Positions 39,671 to 52,450 of a DNA stretch of 64,000 bases are shown one piece after another. Source of the DNA: Octopus bimaculoides (taxonomy: Eukaryota); the NCBI RefSeq assembly GCF_001194135.2, contig NC_068982.1, positions 157,244,114-157,308,113 on the forward strand, in the 5' to 3' direction. The notes under the pieces are model-generated. The model ran no database searches and was not told the origin of the DNA. It saw only the letters and a list, made by a program, of their open reading frames with translations. Within the stretch, counting starts at the first letter, position 1; the number at the start of each line of letters is the position of its first letter. Position numbers and translations under genes: made by a program.

Positions 39671-40897
39671 TTAGGTTGTTTAACATGAAATGTCGTATTG
39701 TAAATTACTTCTTATTTCAGTCATTTAAAAGCACAATTATGTATACCTTGCATTTAATCTTGAATTTTTTTCTTTCCCAACAATATTGGTATACAAAATT
39801 CGTACCAACACACCTTATGAAAATGATAACCAAACTATTTCGAGTGATTTTCTCGTATGAGTACAAACTGGTTCACTCTACCGCAGAAGCTGTACAGAAT
39901 ATCGAGCAGGCTTTGGTAATGGGTTTTTTGACATCAGAACTGTTCAGAGATGGTTCCAAAGCTCTCGTTCAGGAGATGATAGCCTTGAAAATAAGCCAAG
40001 AGGTAGGCCAAAATCAGTTATTCGGCATGATGGATTAAATGCTTTGGTTGAACAAAATCCGAGAACAAAGGTTGAAAAACTCTCATCAGAACTCCAACCA
40101 TCTCGCACAACTGTGTTGGATACCTGTGAAAAATTGGAAAAGTCAAGAAAACGGATACGGTTTTTCAACATCAACTGAACGAGATTCTAAAAAACAGACG
40201 CCTCAAAGTGTGCTCCTGATTGCTTTCTCGACTGGACAAAGACCATTTTTGCATTAAATCATTACTTGTGATGAGAAATGGATACTCTTTGGCAACAGCA
40301 TGAGAACAAGACAGTGATTAGCTGCAGGAGAATCACTTAAACGCTATTCAAACTCACCATTGCACCCTAAGATGTTAGAGGTCAATTTATGGTGGTCTGC
40401 GAAGGGAGTTATTCTTTATTCATTTTTGCAACAAGGTACAACAGTAACAGCAACATCGTATTGTCAAGAAATTGATTGTATGTGTGAGAATTTGAAAAGG
40501 GAGCAGCCCAGACTAGTATATAAAGGTGGCCCAATTTTGCTCCACGACAATGCACTTCCTCACACTCAAGCTACGGTCCAAAAGTTGCAAAGCCTGAATT
40601 ATGAGATTTTGCAACATCCTCCCTATTCCACTGATATCTCTCTTACTGATCATCACTTATTTAAGCATTTTGAGCTTTTCATAAATAATAGAACATTCTT
40701 AAATGCAGAAGAGTTAATTGAAGCATTCAGACAGTTTACTACAGCAAAATATGATTGTTTTTTTTAAGATGGAATACATGGGTAAACGCCATGAATGAAC
40801 ATGGATCATACTTTGATTAAATGAATCAGTTCTCTAACACTTCTGAAACATTTTATTGTTACCTTTCATATACGATATTTCATGTGAAACAACCTAA
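39671..40897 (+). mobile_element. Full-length defective mariner transposon (1227 bp) with TIRs and TA TSDs
   Basis: Left TIR ttaggttgtttaacatgaaatgtcgta; reverse complement of right TIR ttaggttgtttcacatgaaatatcgta; TA at 39669-39670 and 40898-40899. Confidence 0.93.
39817..40790 (+). pseudogene. mariner transposase pseudogene (DD34D class)
   Basis: FRVIFSYEYKLVHSTAEAVQNI, ITCDEKWILF, LHPKMLEVNLWWSAKGVI, ILLHDNALPH, LQHPPYSTDISLTDHHLF; several frameshifts and stops. Confidence 0.92.
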
Positions 40898-41287
40898 TAG
40901 GAGTGGCTGTGTGGTAAGTAGCTTGCTTACCAACCACATGGTTCCGGGTTCATTCTCACTGCGTGGCATGTTGGGCAAGTGTCTTCTACTATAGCCTCGG
41001 GCCAACCAAAGCCTTGTGAGTGGATTTGGTAGACGGAAACTGAAAGAAGCCTTTCGTATATATATATATATATGTATGTGTGTGTATATGTTTGTGTGTC
41101 TGTGTTTGTCCCCCCAACATCGCTTGACAACCGATGGTGGTGTGTTTACGTACCCGTAACTTATCGGTTCGGCAAAAGAGACCGCTAGAATAAGTCCTGG
41201 TGTCGATTTGCTCGACTAAATGCGGTGCTCCAGCATGGCCGCGGTGAAATGACTGAAACAAGTAAAAGAGTAAAAGAGTAAAAGAGT
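40898..41287 (+). mobile_element. SINE family B, full length, abutting the mariner right TIR
   Basis: taggagtggctgtgtggtaagtagcttgcttaccaaccacatggttccgggttc...ttgggcaagtgtcttctactatagcctcggg...(taaaagag)n tail. Confidence 0.92.
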
Positions 41288-41959
41288 ATATACATATATA
41301 TACGCACGGAAAAAATCTCGCAATCACTAAAGAAGCCGTTGATTGGACATGCGTCACGTAGAAATAGCAGACAAACTACACATCCTACTTCTATAAAACA
41401 ATGAAAATATACATTTGATTATATTGGCCTGCTAAATTATTTGTGGCGATAAGACGGAATATTCAGTGCATGGATCACTTTGACCATACACTTGGTGAAT
41501 GAAAGCCGGCTTTGAAGACAACGATAACAACAACGATGACGACGACAGCGGCGGTGGCGATGCCTGCAAATGGCCCTGAAAAGAGAGACTTCTTATCATT
41601 ACTCATGCGCATTCTCCTACATACTCCTGATGATATACGAGTGCATATTAATGCACAGGCATACGCACTAAGACAAACACACGCATTCACATATACACAC
41701 ACACCTACAAATGCACTCCTTCTCTCTTTGTTCCTTCCCCCCCCTCCCGACACACACAAACATTCACATAAACATTCACACAAACACTTTTACATCAACG
41801 TGTATACATACGCAATCACAGACTCGTGTTTTCAAATAACGGACACAGCATGAAGTAAAGTCTCATTACTGTAAAGCCATTCATTTTATTACTTTCCGGA
41901 TGTCATGTTTTCGTATTTTTCTTCTCATCGTCAGCATCTTCATCACCAATAGCCAAACA

Positions 41960-42262
41960 TGTAATAGGTGCCGCCATTGTTATTATTGTTATTGTTCTTA
42001 TTTTTGTTATTGTTAATGATGGGTTTGCTGTTGTTGTTGTTGTTGTTGTTATTTGTCTTGTTTTCGAACTTGATTTAGAAGTAGTTGTAGTAGTTATAGG
42101 TGCCGTACCTGTACTATTGGCAGTATTAGAAGTAAAGGTTGTTCTAGTTGCTGTTGTCGAGGGTAATGTATTGGTTGTTTGAATCAGTTTTGACGTAAAG
42201 TAGTTTAAGAGCAGCAGCAGTGGTAGTAATAGTAGTAGTAGTGGCAGCAGAGTAGTAGTAGT

Positions 42263-42300
<38 letters not shown>

Positions 42301-42367
42301 TAGCAGCAGCTGCAGAGTAGCAGTAGCAGCACTAGTAGCAGCAACAGCAGCAGTAGTATTAGTAGTG

Positions 42368-42416
<49 letters not shown>

Positions 42417-42500
42417 AGCAGCAGCAGCAGAGTAGCATCAGCAGCAGCTAGTAGTAATACAGCAGTAGTAGTAGATGTTGTAGTTTTGGCAGCAGCACTG
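41960..42500. repeat. Compound trinucleotide low-complexity tract: (TTG)n, (AGC)n, (AGT)n
   Basis: Directly visible. Confidence 0.9.
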
Positions 42501-42984
42501 CGGTGGTGGTAATTGACATTCCGATTGGACCATGGAATCTATATTTCCATTGGTTTTCAAATTACGGATATGATATCAGTTGCAATTTATCAAAGAAGTA
42601 ACAGAGAGGAATTGAATTCGCAATTCGCAACACCAGAATCTACACCAAAAGGCCTTTAACCCAACGCTCTAGCAATTCCACCAATACAACCTCTTGAACG
42701 GGTTCATTTTATGGACAGTAAAACGTTTAAAGTCAAGGTTGACTTCTGCAGGGATTGAAACCAGTGTGCACAAGAGTGAGAACAAATAATTCCATCTAAA
42801 CGCAATAGGACATGTTTGATAACAAAATATATCAGATGAAATAAACATCGCTGTTGCTTTTTCCCACTTAGAAAGTAAAGGATCTACTCAGAGTTATTGC
42901 ATCCTCTCCTTCTGAACCCACCGCTATGTTGGAAACACTCACGCAAAATTAGCTTGTAGTTCAAGGTCACAAATGTTTCATCCC

Positions 42985-43555
42985 TTAACTTGGATGCTTA
43001 GCCTGAGTGGAACAACGAGAATTGAAAGCATTGGCTCTCATGGCTTCCGTTCTTAACTGATTGGAAGTGTTATCATGTACACTGATTTGTCTAGTTATAC
43101 AAGATGGGCTACAGAAAAATATTCTGCTCAATACCACAGATTTGCTTGTCAGTTGTTTGACCGACCTTAAAGAGTTGAGCATATCCTTTGGTGGCTGATG
43201 AAATGTGCATCTCTGATCACGACCAGAAGTAATGGGTGAGCATCATAGCTATGTGTTGAGAGGAATTCCTTGGGATTTGAATAATTCACCTCTGGAAACA
43301 TGGGTGTTTTGTTCATCGTCTTTAAACAAACCTTAATCAGAGACCTTTTGACCGGAGTGGGCTACTCAACCTGAAGAAAATTCTCCCTAGACTTCACCTG
43401 AAAGGTCATGCGCTGTTTATTTTGATATAAGATTACCATGTCGAGCACATGTGGGTGTGATTCATGTTTCCTGGGCTACCCTTATCAGACAAGTAGACAT
43501 GATGGGTATAGTGGACTTCGTGTGACTATGATGGAATACACTGCTCTCTCACTCA

Positions 43556-43560
<5 letters not shown>
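42985..43560 (+). mobile_element. Unclassified interspersed repeat (family D; SINE or LINE 3' UTR-like) with microsatellite tail
   Basis: Homologous to 45780-46270 (tgggctacag..aaatat.ctgctcaataccacag.tttgcttgtcagttg; ttgaataattcacctct.gaaacatgggtgttt). Both end in ctctc.ctcaataat. Confidence 0.8.
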
Positions 43561-43700
<140 letters not shown>

Positions 43701-44189
43701 ATTAACGCCAGCCTTGACAGCGGCTGGACGTGTTCTCCACTGCTATGACCACTCAGCAGCCGAAGACAGAGAAACACTAATTATAACCCAGCAGGAAAAC
43801 GGTAAAATAACTCCCAAAGACTGGAATATCTACAGTTTCCTGTGAGTATTTTAAATCTCACTCAAAATAATTTAGGAAACTTACATATCTACAGTTTTCG
43901 AACACACAAACGATCAGCTTTCAAAAAACTTTTATATCTACAACTTCTGAAAATACCTATCCTTTCCTTTCTCCATGAATATTCGAAAATGTAAACATCC
44001 TTTTTATTCTAAGAACATTACAATTTCTCTGTGCAGACATACAAAAGATCATCTTTAGTAAATCTTAAAACTTTAATATCTATAACTTTCTGTGAAAATG
44101 TTACCCTCCTTTTCTTTTCTCTTTCCCTGAGTATTCGAAAATGTAAATATCCTTTTCATTGCAAAAACACTACTGTATTCTCCAATTGG

Positions 44190-44920
44190 AGAGAAAAACG
44201 AACATCTCAACTTCAACATATACAGCCTGTCGATATCCAGAAAGGACCACCACACACGGTGTAGATGTAGCAAACAAATTAATGCTGTCGTCATGGAGTG
44301 TTACTAAGTGAGCAACCCGGTAGTTGAAAATGGTGCTGAAATTAGGGGTTACCCACAACGTATGTATGATCATTGGAGAGAAAAGGGATTGTTTCAACTC
44401 ACGGAACAGAGATTATGTGATGAAGCTAGAGGAAAAAAAAATCTGGCTCATAGAAGTAGAGCTCGAGGCTATCAAAAGACGGGTATTGGAAAATAGCAGC
44501 AAAGATAACGACGAAAATACAGTTCCTACTAATAGAAGTAATCTCATAGAACAGGAAAGGGACAGTGGTAGTTTACTTGATTAGAGACGTACAGATGATC
44601 TGAAAGAAGACAATAAAACTAATGGTGACATGACAGGTGAACAAGAGGCAATCTACGACAGAATAAAGGCAGACTACAGGAGAACGATAGCGACATTATT
44701 TGCAACCTTAAAAAGGTTGATCGGTGGAAAATGAACCGAGAATCGAAAAATATCACAGAAACATCACAGAAACAAATAATTTGATCAAGGCAACAAGTAT
44801 TGTTGTAGCAGAAAACGAGGGTGTTGATATCGAGAAAAACAAATATAATGGGAGTGACAAAAGAAAAGAACCATGGGAGAAAAGAAGAATACAGGCAGGG
44901 TTAGATATGCTCCCGAAGTC
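44190..44920 (+). pseudogene. N-terminal fragment of an R4/Dong-like LINE ORF
   Basis: AVVMECY*VSNPVVENGAEIRGYPQRMYDHWREKGLFQLTEQRLCDEAR...LIEVELEAIKRRV...NNLIKATSIVVAE...KRKEPWEKRRI. Homologous to the 5' part of the 53.3-kb element. Confidence 0.8.
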
Positions 44921-44936
44921 AATTAATAATAATAAT

Positions 44937-45350
44937 AAGGACTACAACAGTGAAACTTGTCTGTTAATAGAGATGTTTTTCCCACAAGATCAAAATGACT
45001 CAAGAATCGAATACGAAAAACTTTCTCACTATAAAGATCTGCAAACTGAAATCACAAAAAATGTGGAAGCTTAGTATTAGGATAATGCCAGTAGTAAATG
45101 TTGCGTTGGGAATGATAAAGAAGGGAGCTGGAAAGTATATTAAGCAACTCTCTGGTAACTCCTTCTCCGTGAACTACAAAAGATAACCTTGATGGATGCA
45201 GCCCATATACTACGGAAAGCACTCTCCATCTAAAATGGAATAAAAGTGGCGATAATTTTAGCATGCATAACAAAACAAAACCGCCCTTACTACTCTTGGC
45301 CTCAGGAGGATGCCCGGTACTAAGGCAGCTGAAATAAAGTTATAATGGAA
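44937..45350 (+). pseudogene. 3' end (RLE domain and 3' UTR) of an R4/Dong-like LINE
   Basis: TCLLIEM..PQDQN....EYEKLSHYKDLQTEITK/MWKLSIRIMPVVNVALGMIKKG...AAHILRKALSI* (stop at 45231-45233). Confidence 0.85.
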
Positions 45351-45352
45351 GG

Positions 45353-45530
<178 letters not shown>

Positions 45531-45714
45531 TCTTTTCTACTCTAGATACAAGGCCCGAAATTTTTGGGGAGGTGGTCAGTCAATTAGATCGACTCCAGTA
45601 CGCAGCTGGTACTTAATTTCTCGACCCCGAAAGGATGAAATGCAAAGTCGACCTCGGTGGAATTTGAACTCAGAACTTAAAGACAGACGAAATACCGCTA
45701 AGCATTTCATCCGC
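45531..45714 (-). mobile_element. SINE family A
   Basis: tcttttctactctagatacaaggcccgaaat...cgaccccgaaaggatgaaatgcaaagtcgacctcggtggaatttgaactcagaac. Confidence 0.9.
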
Positions 45715-45779
45715 CGAAATAATATTAATAACGACAACAACAACAACAATTATAATAGTAATACATGTGTTAATATCTA

Positions 45780-46270
45780 TGTGTTTTGTCTTGTTGGAAC
45801 ACATGGGCTACAGCAAATATCCTGCTCAATACCACAGTTTTGCTTGTCAGTTGCTCGACCATAACCAGTTGAGCATGTCCCTTAGCGACTGACGATATTT
45901 ACATATATGTTCAATAACAAGAATAGTGGCCGTGCATATCATAGCCATGTGTTGAGAGGAAACCGTTCGGGGTTTGAATAATTCACCTCTTGAAACATGG
46001 GTGTTTCATTCATCATCCTTAAACAACTCTTATTCATGGACATTTTGAGTTGGATGGGCAACTCAACCTGAAAAAAATTCTAACTGGGTCCCATCTGCAA
46101 CGTAGTGCGCTGTTCATCTTTGTACAGGTCACCAAGTCATGTGCATGAGGTTTTGATGTATGCGCTTGGTGAAAGCTCCTGAGGCAGATAGACATCATGG
46201 GTATATTGGCCTTCGTATACTTGCTCCCCAGCGTCAATTTCATGGCATGTGCTTCGCTCTCGCTCAATAA
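45780..46270 (+). mobile_element. Family D interspersed repeat, second copy
   Basis: Homology to 42985-43560. Confidence 0.8.
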
Positions 46271-46287
46271 TGACAATGATAATATTG

Positions 46288-46460
46288 ATAATCCTTTCTA
46301 CAGTTGGCACACGGCCAGACATTTCGAGGAAGGAAGCAGTCAATTACATTGATCCTAATGCTCGGTTTATAATTTTTCATAGACACCGAAAGTGTGAATG
46401 ACACAGTTCATCACAGCAGAACCGGAACTTAGAACGAAAGCCGGAAAAAATGCTAAACAG
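46288..46460 (-). mobile_element. Degenerate SINE family A
   Basis: taatcctttctacagttggcacacggccagacattt...gaacttagaacg resembles the family A reverse complement. Confidence 0.55.
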
Positions 46461-46495
46461 TAATGTTTCTGCCCGGTACCAAGATGATGATCAAC

Positions 46496-46559
<64 letters not shown>

Positions 46560-46567
46560 TAATAATA

Positions 46568-46904
46568 AAATACAAAGACCTGGAAATAGAGATAACTCGA
46601 ATGTGGAATCTAAAAACAGAAACAGTTCCTATCATAGTAGGTGCCTTCGGTATAATAAAAAAATATTCAGACAAATACATAACAAAAATACCAGGACTTA
46701 CAAATATATATAACATACAGAAAATTGCACTACTGGGTACTGCACACATTCTACGCAAAACACTTTCAATACAGTAAACATAAGAGCACCACAGCAAACC
46801 ACAGCACATACCCAAGGCGCACAGAGCTGCGCTCGGTAGTGAAGTGAAAGCACGTTATAAAAATAAAACTACTGAACAACAACAATAATAATAATAATAA
46901 TAAT
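46568..46904 (+). pseudogene. Short 5'-truncated R4/Dong-like LINE 3' end flanked by (AAT)n on both sides
   Basis: KYKDLEIEITRMWNLKTETVPIIVGAFGIIKK...LQKIALLGTAHILRKTLSIQ* (stop at 46775-46777), 3' UTR, then a (CAA)(TAA)n tail. Confidence 0.9.
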
Positions 46905-46963
46905 CCTTTATATGCATATATGTTTATGTACGTATAAATCTATTAAATACTTTTAGGCACACA

Positions 46964-46999
<36 letters not shown>

Positions 47000-47047
47000 C
47001 GTGTGTGTGTGTGTGTAAAATATATGGCATTGTAGTAAGAAGATAGC

Positions 47048-47170
47048 CGCAGGCGTGGCTGTGTGATAAGAAGCTTGCTTCTCAACCACATGGTTCTAGG
47101 TTCAGTCCTACTGCGTGGCACCTTGGACAAGTGACTTCTACAATAGCCTCGGGCCAACCAAAGTCTTGTG
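47048..47170 (+). mobile_element. SINE family B 5' part
   Basis: gcaggcgtggctgtgtgataagaagcttgcttctcaaccacatggttctaggttcagtcctactgcgtggcaccttggacaagtg. Confidence 0.88.
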
Positions 47171-47179
47171 AACTAATAG

Positions 47180-47212
<33 letters not shown>

Positions 47213-47891
47213 NNNNNNNNNNNNNNNNNNNNNNNNNNNNNNNNNNNNNNNNNNNNNNNNNNNNNNNNNNNNNNNNNNNNNNNNNNNNNNNNNNNNNNNN
47301 NNNNNNNNNNNNNNNNNNNNNNNNNNNNNNNNNNNNNNNNNNNNNNNNNNNNNNNNNNNNNNNNNNNNNNNNNNNNNNNNNNNNNNNNNNNNNNNNNNNN
47401 NNNNNNNNNNNNNNNNNNNNNNNNNNNNNNNNNNNNNNNNNNNNNNNNNNNNNNNNNNNNNNNNNNNNNNNNNTATACATATATATATACATATATATAT
47501 ACATATATACTCTTTTTAATTTCTAATTAATTTCCCACAGTTTGATTGTTTTTCCCTTCATTCTGTGTGTGTATGTGTGTATGTGTGTATATATATTACC
47601 ACTCTATTTCACAATTATTTCACTTCAATCGTCTAAAGTGAATATATATTATTCGAGACTTTTTCTTTAATGAGCTATATATATATATTTTTATCAATGC
47701 TCTGCATTTAATTCTCTGCCGTTTGTTGTTTTATTGTTTTCTTTTGAAATTGTAATTGTGCATTTTGTTTTCATGGTCTTGTCTTTGTTTACCTCATTTG
47801 AATTCGTTATGCTTTGAAGTCTTTCATAACACAAAAAACAATAACAACAAGAGTAATTAAATAACGACGAGGATAATGATGTTGATGGTAA

Positions 47892-47999
<108 letters not shown>

Positions 48000-48583
48000 T
48001 CAGAAGAAGAAGAGAACATAGAAGGAATGCACTTATTTTGATTAAGAAACATTAATTCTAAGTAATAAAGAAAATATAATTTGCATTATTATCCTCATTA
48101 AATTTTGTTTTACTATTGTTACATGTGTGTTGTGTGTGTGTGTGTGTGTGTGCGTGTGTGCGTGTGTGCGTGTGCATGTATGTACGTACGTGAGTGTGTG
48201 CGTGTGAGTGTGCATGTGTGTGTATATATTAAACAAAAAATATTGAAAAGTAATTCGAATGTCTTCCGGATATACAATGTAAAGTCAGTTTGTCTATTTA
48301 TTCGGTGAGTAACTACCATCTGACGCTCATGGGTAAAATAACGAGATTCTTTACAATTTACTTCCGGTTTCATTTTCACTCATGTTTTGTCTTGTGATAT
48401 TTCACTCTCCCTTCCACCCATTCCATCATTATATCATATCTCCTCTTTCTTAGGTTAGCTTGATGATTTCCTTCTCTTACTTTCACCCCTCTCTATCCTG
48501 TATCCCTTTCAATTTTCTCCGTCTTACTTTCATCTACTCACTGGGCTCTCTGCTCTCATTTTTCTATCCCCTCTTTCTCTCTC

Positions 48584-48632
<49 letters not shown>

Positions 48633-48699
48633 GTGCTTTTCTTTTAACTTTCATGACGATTTTGTCACTGTTACTATTCTCTATCATTATTGCAAATAC

Positions 48700-48963
48700 C
48701 ATCACCATCATTATCATCATCATCATCATCATCGTCGTCGTCGTCGTTACTGTCATCATCATGATGATCATCATCATGATGATGATCATCATCAACATCA
48801 TTATCATCATCATCGACGTAATCATCATCGTTATCGTTACTATCATCATCGTCGCCATCATCATCATCATCGTCATCATCCTCATCAACCAAATAATCAT
48901 CGTCGTCATCATCGTCGTTATGCCCGCCATCCTCCTCCTCCTCCACCTCCTCCTCCTCGTCAG

Positions 48964-49001
<38 letters not shown>

Positions 49002-49165
49002 CAGTCTTCATCATCGTCATCCTCCTCCTGTCTTCTTCCTTATCATCCACATAATCATCGTTGTCATCATCGTCGTTATGCCCGCCATCCTCCCCCCTCC
49101 TCCTCATCATCCTCACAGTCTTCATCATCGTCATCCTCTTTCTGTCTTCTTCCTCATTATCTAAA
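48700..49165. repeat. Degenerate (CAT/CGT/CCT)n tract with internal duplications
   Basis: atcgtcgttatgcccgccatcctcc occurs at about 48910 and 49072; cacagtcttcatcatcgtcatcctc occurs twice. Confidence 0.9.
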
Positions 49166-49205
49166 CGATCGTCATCCTCTTTGTCATTATCATTGCTTTC
49201 GTTGA

Positions 49206-49410
49206 AGGCGGCGAACTGGCAGAATCGTTAGCATGCCGGACCAAACGCTTAACGGCATTTCGTCCGTCTTCACTTTCTAATTTCAAATTCCGTCGAGGTC
49301 GACATTGCCTTTCATTGTTTCGGGGTTCGGTTCAGCACTGGGGTCGATGTAATCGAATAGCCCCCCTCCCCTAAATTTCAGGCCTTGAGCCTTTAGTAGA
49401 AACGATTATC
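49206..49410 (+). mobile_element. SINE family A
   Basis: aaggcggcgaactggcagaatcgttagcatgccgg...ttcaaattccgtcgaggtcgacattgcctttca. Confidence 0.88.
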
Positions 49411-49582
49411 ATTGCCTTCGCCGTCATCATTATTATTGCTAATCCCTGTCACCTTTTTAACTAACACTCATTCCTCTTTTTATTAATCTTCTATTGTTCA
49501 TACTAATGTCTCTCAAATCTTTCTAATCCTATTTTCTTTTCTTCTATGTAACATTCTGTTTTCACACTTTATACATCGATGT

Positions 49583-49966
49583 AGAGGCGCAATGGCCAAG
49601 TGGTTAGGGCAGCGGACTCGCGGTCATAGGATCGCGGTTTCGATTCCCAGACCGGGCGTTGTGAATGTTTATTGAGCGAAAACACATAAAAGCTCCACGA
49701 GGCTCCGGCAGGGGATGGTGGCGAACCCTGCTGTACTCTTTCACCACAACTTTCTCTCACTCTTACTTCCTGTTTCTGTTGTGCCTGTAATTCAAAGGGT
49801 CAGCCTTGTCACACTGTGTCACGCTGAATATCCCCGATAACTACGTTAAGGGTACACGTGTCTGTGGAGTGCTCAACCACTTGCATGTTACGTTCACGAG
49901 CAGGCTCTTCCGTTGATCGGATCAACTGGAACCCTCGACGTCGTTAGCGACGGAGTGCCAACAACA
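49583..49966 (+). mobile_element. tRNA-derived SINE, family C, full length
   Basis: A box tggccaagtgg, B box ggtttcgattcc in the tRNA-like head; central domain cctgtaattcaaagggtcagccttgtcacac...gatcaactggaaccctcgacgtcg; (caa) tail. Confidence 0.88.
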
Positions 49967-50035
49967 TCAATAGCAGTATAAAACATAACTTTTCAACCAA
50001 AATACGTATCTGTTGCATGTTTAAATATCACCCTA

Positions 50036-50211
50036 TGTTGTGTCGACGCCCCCAGGCGAGGAAGTAGGATCTCCCAAGACATAAATAGAGGTAGTCTGGC
50101 CGTGGTAGAGTGTTGGGTAGTAGTCGAGTAGCAGTTGTGTAGCAGTTGAGTAGAAATCATCCGAAGGTGCTAGTTAACAGTAGCTTGAGACGTAACAGTG
50201 GCGACGAGGAT
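50036..50211 (+). mobile_element. LTR (162 bp, TGTT...AACA) followed by a primer-binding site; Gypsy-type retrotransposon remnant
   Basis: TGTTG at 50036 to TAACA at 50197; one nucleotide later TGGCGACGAGGAT (50199-50211), complementary to the 3' end of metazoan tRNA-Ser(GCT) (...ATCCTCGTCGCCA, recalled). Confidence 0.7.
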
Positions 50212-50295
50212 TTCGTAGCTCACACAGCCACTGGTTGCGTTGAGACATAACACCCTGTCTGGCAAAAATTTGCCACTCAGCTGGCAAAAATGAGT

Positions 50296-50478
50296 TATAC
50301 CTGTAATTCAAAGGTTCGTTCTTGCCACATTCTGTGTCACGCTGAATTTTCCAGAGAACGATACTCAGGGTACGCGTGTCTATGGAGTGCTCAGCCATTT
50401 GTAAGTTGATTTCACGAGCTGACTGTTCCGTTGAATGAATCAACTGGAACACTTGTCGTCGTAACCGACGGAGTTCCA
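50296..50478 (+). mobile_element. SINE family C, 3' half
   Basis: acctgtaattcaaagg...gccacattctgtgtcacgctgaat...gggtacgcgtgtctatggagtgctcagcca...tcaactggaacac. Confidence 0.85.
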
Positions 50479-51539
50479 TTTTTAGTCACGTACTTAACTA
50501 TCTAGCTATCTTCGGATTTATGTACGCTGAGTTATACCCTGTACCAGGCTAATTACCAATTAGTATTTGTATACGTATATCCAATATACACAGAGATTCA
50601 AATACACGCGCGCGCGCGAACCTTTCCTTCAGTCAAAGTAAAACGATCCACACATATCATGGCATGCTTCACTGCACATATACATACAAATACAGGCATA
50701 CAGAGAGTTTCACACATGTATAGTTACATGCATATACATATACACACAAGAACACATTCACACCTATGTATATATAGATTCTATATGCGTATGTATGCGT
50801 ACACAGATATATATGCACACATATACAAGAATGCATAGATACACACGCGCTTATATACATACATGCACACTCATCTATTATCCTATCCTAACTACCAACC
50901 TATCATCATATCTAGCTGCCAGCACAGCCAATATCGTCTCATCCACCGACATCACTCCACTCCACCATTTCCGTCACCACTAACTTACCTACCTCGCTAG
51001 CTGTCTCAATCTTTCATTTCTCTTTTGCGTAATAAACAGATGAAACGCTAAATCTTAATGTTTGTCAAAATTAACTTAATGAGGACGGCTTGAAAATATA
51101 ATTGAAGCAGGTAAAAGCGGCGGGAAAGTGACAATGGCGTGCACACGTTGTACGAAGAAAGCTTTCGTAATTAAAGTCTTGAAGGAAAAATTATTTTACA
51201 AGCCAATAACTCCAGGATAAATGATGCCAAACTTGTAAATAGATAGCGTTCAATCTACTCAATTATCATTAAAATTTCATTGCTATTTACAATTATTATT
51301 GTCTCTTCATCTGTATATATATATTTTTAATTTTCAAAAATGTTTTAATTTATTTTGTTTGACTTCATATTCATAATTTTTAAAAAAGAAAATACACACA
51401 AGAAATAAAAAACAGTTAATAAAGGAGAAAAGAATGTTGTATTAATATGTTGCTGTTTTTTTCTGTTTTCTTTAGTTAATTATTATTTTATATTACATTC
51501 TTATCTGTAGAAACCATCGCGTGCGTGTGACGGCGACGT

Positions 51540-51961
51540 CGATGATCGTGATGATGTTACTGCTGAGGATGATGATGGCGGGGAGGAGGAAGAGAAGGAG
51601 GGAGAAGAGAAGGAAGAGAAAGAGGAGGAGGAGGAGGAGGAGGAGGTGGAGGAGATTGAGAAAGATTAATGTTGATGACGACGTTGATAGTAGTGGTGCT
51701 GATGGTATTGATGAGGATGCTAATGATAATTAGAATGACGATTGTGATCACCAAAATGATGATGATGGTGATGATGATCAAGACGACGATGACGTCGGTG
51801 GAGATGTGTTGGTGGCGGTGATAATTTTGGCGTTAATGATAATTTTATTGCTATTATCATCATCCCCATTGTTACGACACCACCACCACCACACAATCAC
51901 CACCGAACCTCCACTACCACCACCACCACCACCAGTTACCACCACCACCACCACCACTACC

Positions 51962-52005
<44 letters not shown>

Positions 52006-52237
52006 CATGGTCTTTAAACAAGAATATCTCTATAGTTATCGATGTTCACCTCTCCTTCTTCACCCATGCCGTTATAGCTGTCATGTTCTTTAGCAGCAGC
52101 AGAAGTAGTAGTAGAAGTAGTAGTAGTAATAGTAGTAGTAGATGTAGTAGTAGTAGTAGTAGTAGTAGTATCTGTAGCAGTATTGGTAATGGTGGTGGAG
52201 GTGGTGGTGGAGGCGGTGGCCGGTGGTGATGGTAAGT

Positions 52238-52285
<48 letters not shown>

Positions 52286-52450
52286 ATCATTGCTCTGTTA
52301 TTGTTTTTGTTATTCTTATTGTTTTCAACATCCTTACGAATAGTTATTACAATCATAACAATTATCGCCATTATTATCATTATCGTTTCTCACGTTCTTC
52401 TTATCATTATTGCCGCTGCTGCTGCTGCTGTTGTTGTTGTTGTTAATGAT
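51540..52450. repeat. Compound trinucleotide low-complexity region: (GAG), (GAT), (CCA), (CAT), (AGT), (TGC), (TTG)
   Basis: Directly visible. Confidence 0.9.

Noticed and set aside
41430-41580. Minus-strand acceptor (ctctcttttcag|G) followed by GHLQASPPPLSSSS...HQVYGQSDPCTEYSVLSPQII*
   Set aside because: Short, partly derived from decayed trinucleotide repeat, with no recognisable domain or partner exon.
43820-44165. Recurrent tatctac/tatctat motif and an ~80-bp imperfect direct repeat upstream of the LINE fragment
   Set aside because: Degenerate local duplication, possibly a LINE 5' UTR; spacing is irregular and no function can be supported.
48460-49164. His/Pro-rich 234-aa ORF
   Set aside because: It is a translation of a degenerate (CAT/CCT)n tract; all frames are low complexity and there is no splice or domain evidence.
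49583-49660. tRNA-like sequence (also at 61361-61427 and 61967-62028)
   Set aside because: These are SINE or PLE heads: A and B boxes are present, but acceptor and T stems do not pair and they continue into repeat bodies, so they are not called as tRNA genes.
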